In this document: positions 60,735-64,000 of the stretch, in pieces | Layout: the number at the start of each line of letters is the position of its first letter | Position numbering within the stretch: position 1 is the stretch's first letter | NCBI RefSeq assembly: GCF_024521635.1 | Contig: NW_026250419.1 | Location: 558,001 to 622,000 of the forward strand | Reading direction: 5' to 3' | From: Tricharina praecox | Lineage: Eukaryota | DNA: 64,000 nucleotides | Translations under genes and position numbers: made by a program | Notes under the pieces: model-generated | Seen by the model: only the letters and a program-made list of their open reading frames with translations | What the model was told of the DNA's origin: nothing | Databases searched by the model: none

Positions 60735-61847
60735 TTACGGCGCACGAGGCCTGCTATCTTCCAGCGAAAACCGCCCGTGTTCATCCAGGGGCATCATCGG
60801 ATCAGCATCCTTCATGGCATTGGGAATATCCCCCGTGCCAAGTCTCCTGACAACCTCCCGCTCATCGCCGCCACACATCACCAGCATCCGCGAGAGATAC
60901 CCGTCTCCATACTTTGCCGGTATGTTATTGTGTATGAAATCAATCTTTGCCCGCTGACGGAGCGTCGACGAGGAGATCTTTGAGGGATGCGGATCTAGCA
61001 GATGCAGCTGCGTACGCGGCGTGATCATACCCGAGGGCAGCGGTATCATGCTTGGTCTGAAGCCGGGAGAGATTGCATGCGGGATCTGGCTTGGTATGGG
61101 GCCGGGAGAGAGAGCGGAAGGCTTGATCGGGGCGAGCGGGATCTCCATGAACTCCGGGGTGATTGGTGTCAGCGCATGTGCCGGCGGCTTCGCCTCTTGC
61201 TCGTCCCGTCCATCAATAAGCTGTCTCTTCCGACGCTCGTGACGTTGTTTGTTTTTCAGTCGCTTCTCCTCCTTCTCCTTGGCGTCGGCTGAGGCCTTCT
61301 CCTTAGCGTCGGCTAACGGCGAGCGCACTCTCGCCTTTCCTTTGCCCTTCCTGTCCCCTCTCCCCTTTCGCTGGGATTTTCCGCTGCTACCGCTCGTGAC
61401 CGAGGATGCTTGCCTCACACTGGTACCGCTTGGAACTTGCGGCTTGTACACATCGTCCGGAACAGTGGGCTCATGCAATCTCGGCTCTACCGGGGGCTGG
61501 TGCTGGTGCTGGGGCTGGCTATTGCTTTGCATCCTGTCCCTCTCCTCCCTCTTCGACTGCTGGATCCTCTCCCACCTATCCTCTTCGATCTTCCTCTCCC
61601 TCCTCTGCGCTTCCCCCTCTTCCTCTCCATCCTTTTCCACCCTCTGTGGAGACGCCCACGGATTCTTCGCGCCGTAACGGTTCAGCTTCATCGGCGCGTT
61701 TGGCCTGACTCGTCGCTTTCCAGGCCCTGCTGTGGGTGGCTGAGGGTTTTGAGGGGTGAGTGTTTGGAGAGGTACGACGGGAGGTGGAGGTGGAGCAGGG
61801 GGATCCGTGGGAAGACAGCAGCCTAGGAATTCTCGGAAAGCTTCCAT
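60735..61847 (-). CDS. Hypothetical protein (low-complexity charged/Pro-rich, small helical C-terminus)
   Basis: 370-aa ORF with a CACCATGG start context and natural-looking composition; no recognisable domain. Confidence 0.55.
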   Translation of the reverse strand: MEAFREFLGCCLPTDPPAPPPPPVVPLQTLTPQNPQPPTAGPGKRRVRPNAPMKLNRYGAKNPWASPQRVEKDGEEEGEAQRRERKIEEDRWERIQQSKREERDRMQSNSQPQHQHQPPVEPRLHEPTVPDDVYKPQVPSGTSVRQASSVTSGSSGKSQRKGRGDRKGKGKARVRSPLADAKEKASADAKEKEEKRLKNKQRHERRKRQLIDGRDEQEAKPPAHALTPITPEFMEIPLAPIKPSALSPGPIPSQIPHAISPGFRPSMIPLPSGMITPRTQLHLLDPHPSKISSSTLRQRAKIDFIHNNIPAKYGDGYLSRMLVMCGGDEREVVRRLGTGDIPNAMKDADPMMPLDEHGRFSLEDSRPRAP

Positions 61848-63253
61848 GGTGGTTTGATACGGGGTATTTTAGAGGACGCGAGGATGATACAGAACTGGAG
61901 GGGTATTTCTAGACGAGCGGGGAATGCGGGCATCTTGAGTGCAGAGGGATGGGACGTGTTGAAGATCCGCGTGTGAGGGTTAGAACTAGGGTACTCAAGG
62001 CAACCGTTCCTGCCCGCAGAGTCTTATACCTGCGGCCATGTCACCGGTATGCTTCGCTTTTAGTGTATGTATGGGTAGAACACTCATGGCCTCTGTTTCG
62101 TAAAATCATCACAGGTCACTCGTCAAGCGTGATCACGGGATGTCACATGACCTCTTGGCAGCATGAAACCGACGGCATTATTCAGGATCACCTGAGCGCT
62201 CTACGCGCAATACGTCATGACTCCGTGACTCCATCGGTGACAAATACACAGGTTCCTTCACGTCGAAGAGTCTTCGCGTTTTCATGTAAGGGCACAACCC
62301 ATGCCATCGTATTACATGATACATGATGCTTGCAGGAGGTCTCCCTGCGATGACTCCTGAAGAAGTAGTTGTCGCTCCGGGTTAGTCCGCGAACGCAAAG
62401 ACATCTTCTCAGATGTAGAATTTGTAATGTTTGCCTGGAGGACGACATGATTTCGAAAAGAGGAACAGATTGTTGTTGAGTGACAGAACAAGATTTATCT
62501 TGGAGCCATTAAGGCCTTTGGTCTGTGGGAAACCGGGGATAATAAGGATGAGAGAAATTTAAATTTTGAGTATCTGATTTCACAACCGTGAGCGAAACAG
62601 GGAAGAGTGACGATAAGGTTATTGAGGAGAACTCTTGGTAGAGAAGGTGGCAGTTATGGTTGGTTGGTCAATTTCGGAGGCTGAGGTATGGCTAAACCAA
62701 CCGTGGTGATCATAACAGGGCCAAATATTGGCTTACAACTACTTGGGTGCTTCGGCGAAACCGGAAACATCGCTTAGGAAGAACTGCTCGGGAGTAACAG
62801 CCTGCGATGAACCATGGTATTTGGTGGGTTGGGCCAGTTAACAACGGTTATTTTTCTGACTTCACCAGCAATCATTCGCTATCCGAAGTTCCTGTCAATT
62901 CTTCAGCTACAATGCAGTGGTCGAAGATCTCATGCAACCGTGATGACAGAGAGAACCCAGCCCGTCTCGAGGTTTTTGGGTTCATCACTCGAACACCTAT
63001 TCCATACGATCAATGAGTGAGGAAAGTAGTGAAACGCTGAAGGTAGGGGTCTCGGACGGCTACTAGACGAAGATAGAAAATGCAGCACGAGTATAATGAA
63101 AACAAATGGTTCATTCAATCTATTACAAAGGTGGATAATTGATATACCGAATGCTGAATTAAGGCCCTGACTTATGTATGAGCTGCTGGTCAAGTTCTTA
63201 CTACCTAGCTCTTTAGAAATGCGGTTATATTTAAGGGAAACAATTTCACCTTA

Positions 63254-63430
63254 TACTTCCTATCAAAGAGGGGGTATAAAAAGAACGTTATTTCCGTTGG
63301 ACGAATATTGATATCGAATCAAGGCGTATTGAACAACACGTATTTTGACCGTTTTGATGCTGTCACAACCAATTGTCCAAAAATACTGTAGTAATACTAC
63401 AGCTTTTACCACTCCTTGCATTACGCAGTA
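63254..63430. mobile_element. Diverged second copy of the short MITE-like family
   Basis: Interior GGGGTATAAAAAGAACGTTATTTCCGTTGGACGAATATTGATATCGAATCAAGGC…AACACGTATTTTGACCG aligns with ~25001-25095; right end reverse complement is TACTGCGTAATGCAAGGAGTGGTAAAA. Confidence 0.65.
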
Positions 63431-64000
63431 ATAATACAGGTAAATAAGGCTGCATCAATTGGTATTGAATTTCTTCCGCGGCATTCGTTATTTAACCATT
63501 CACCGCAAAACCGGCGTGCCCGGCGGTCCACAGTAATTATGCCCAGCTCGCAATCGGAACATCGTAGCCGAAAATATCGTCACGGCGATAGCCAGCTGCC
63601 AATTTTCCAGCGCGCAGTAGCAAAGCTTGACTTGGAGTAGTCGCATGTTCGTCCTAAAACCCGCCAGGCTGAGGTTACACGCCCAACCCTCTGCATTCCA
63701 CGCATCCCAAAAATCACCATCAGATATCGGCGATAACCCGAGTGATCGCTTATGTATATCCGAAAGAAAATACCTCGACGGCCCCCACTCTGAATCCTGA
63801 TCTACCTTACTTCTCGACCGGGCAAGCCCGCATTTGCACAGAGAACTTCGCTACTGTAGATTTTCACTGATAAGTTACCTGGGTAGACTCACAGGGAGGC
63901 AGGGACGTTCAGTGGGTGGAACTGGCTGATGCGGTTTGGGAATAAGACAGACGAAGGCGAAGACGAGGACGAAGACGTAATATATGCTGCTGCTGCTGCT

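Noticed and set aside
1..64000. tRNA, rRNA, or autonomous transposon (RT, integrase, transposase, tyrosine recombinase) genes
   Set aside because: None recognised by eye; tRNAscan-SE, Infernal and profile searches would be needed to exclude them.

Overview
Eukaryotic, intron-containing genomic DNA of a filamentous ascomycete fungus (short GT-AG introns with CTRAC branch sites, Zn2Cys6 regulators, fungal fucose-lectin fold); the species cannot be identified from this sequence. About 16 protein-coding loci are recognisable: CocE/NonD hydrolase, subtilisin, a divergent Fpg/Nei-like DNA glycosylase with in-frame stops, a C2H2+Zn2Cys6 transcription factor, a coiled-coil membrane protein, a sugar porter, a levoglucosan kinase (AnmK family), a Zn2Cys6 factor, a PhyH-type dioxygenase, a membrane-anchored fucose-lectin-like protein, a DHA1-like MFS transporter, a ModF/YDR061W-like ABC ATPase, gamma-tubulin complex GCP4, an SDR and two hypothetical proteins. 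The most interesting system is a putative levoglucosan (anhydrosugar, a cellulose pyrolysis product) utilisation cluster: the sugar porter and levoglucosan kinase are divergently transcribed from a shared promoter carrying two copies of a CGG-N5-CCG element and two CreA-site clusters, with a Zn2Cys6 regulator as the next gene. Other notable items are the nonsense-interrupted Fpg/Nei-like gene, nested and dispersed MITE-like elements, and a roughly 4 kb foldback structure with arms over 1 kb and a recent 129-bp tandem expansion. Gene models were spliced by eye, and family assignments rest on recalled motifs, not database searches.
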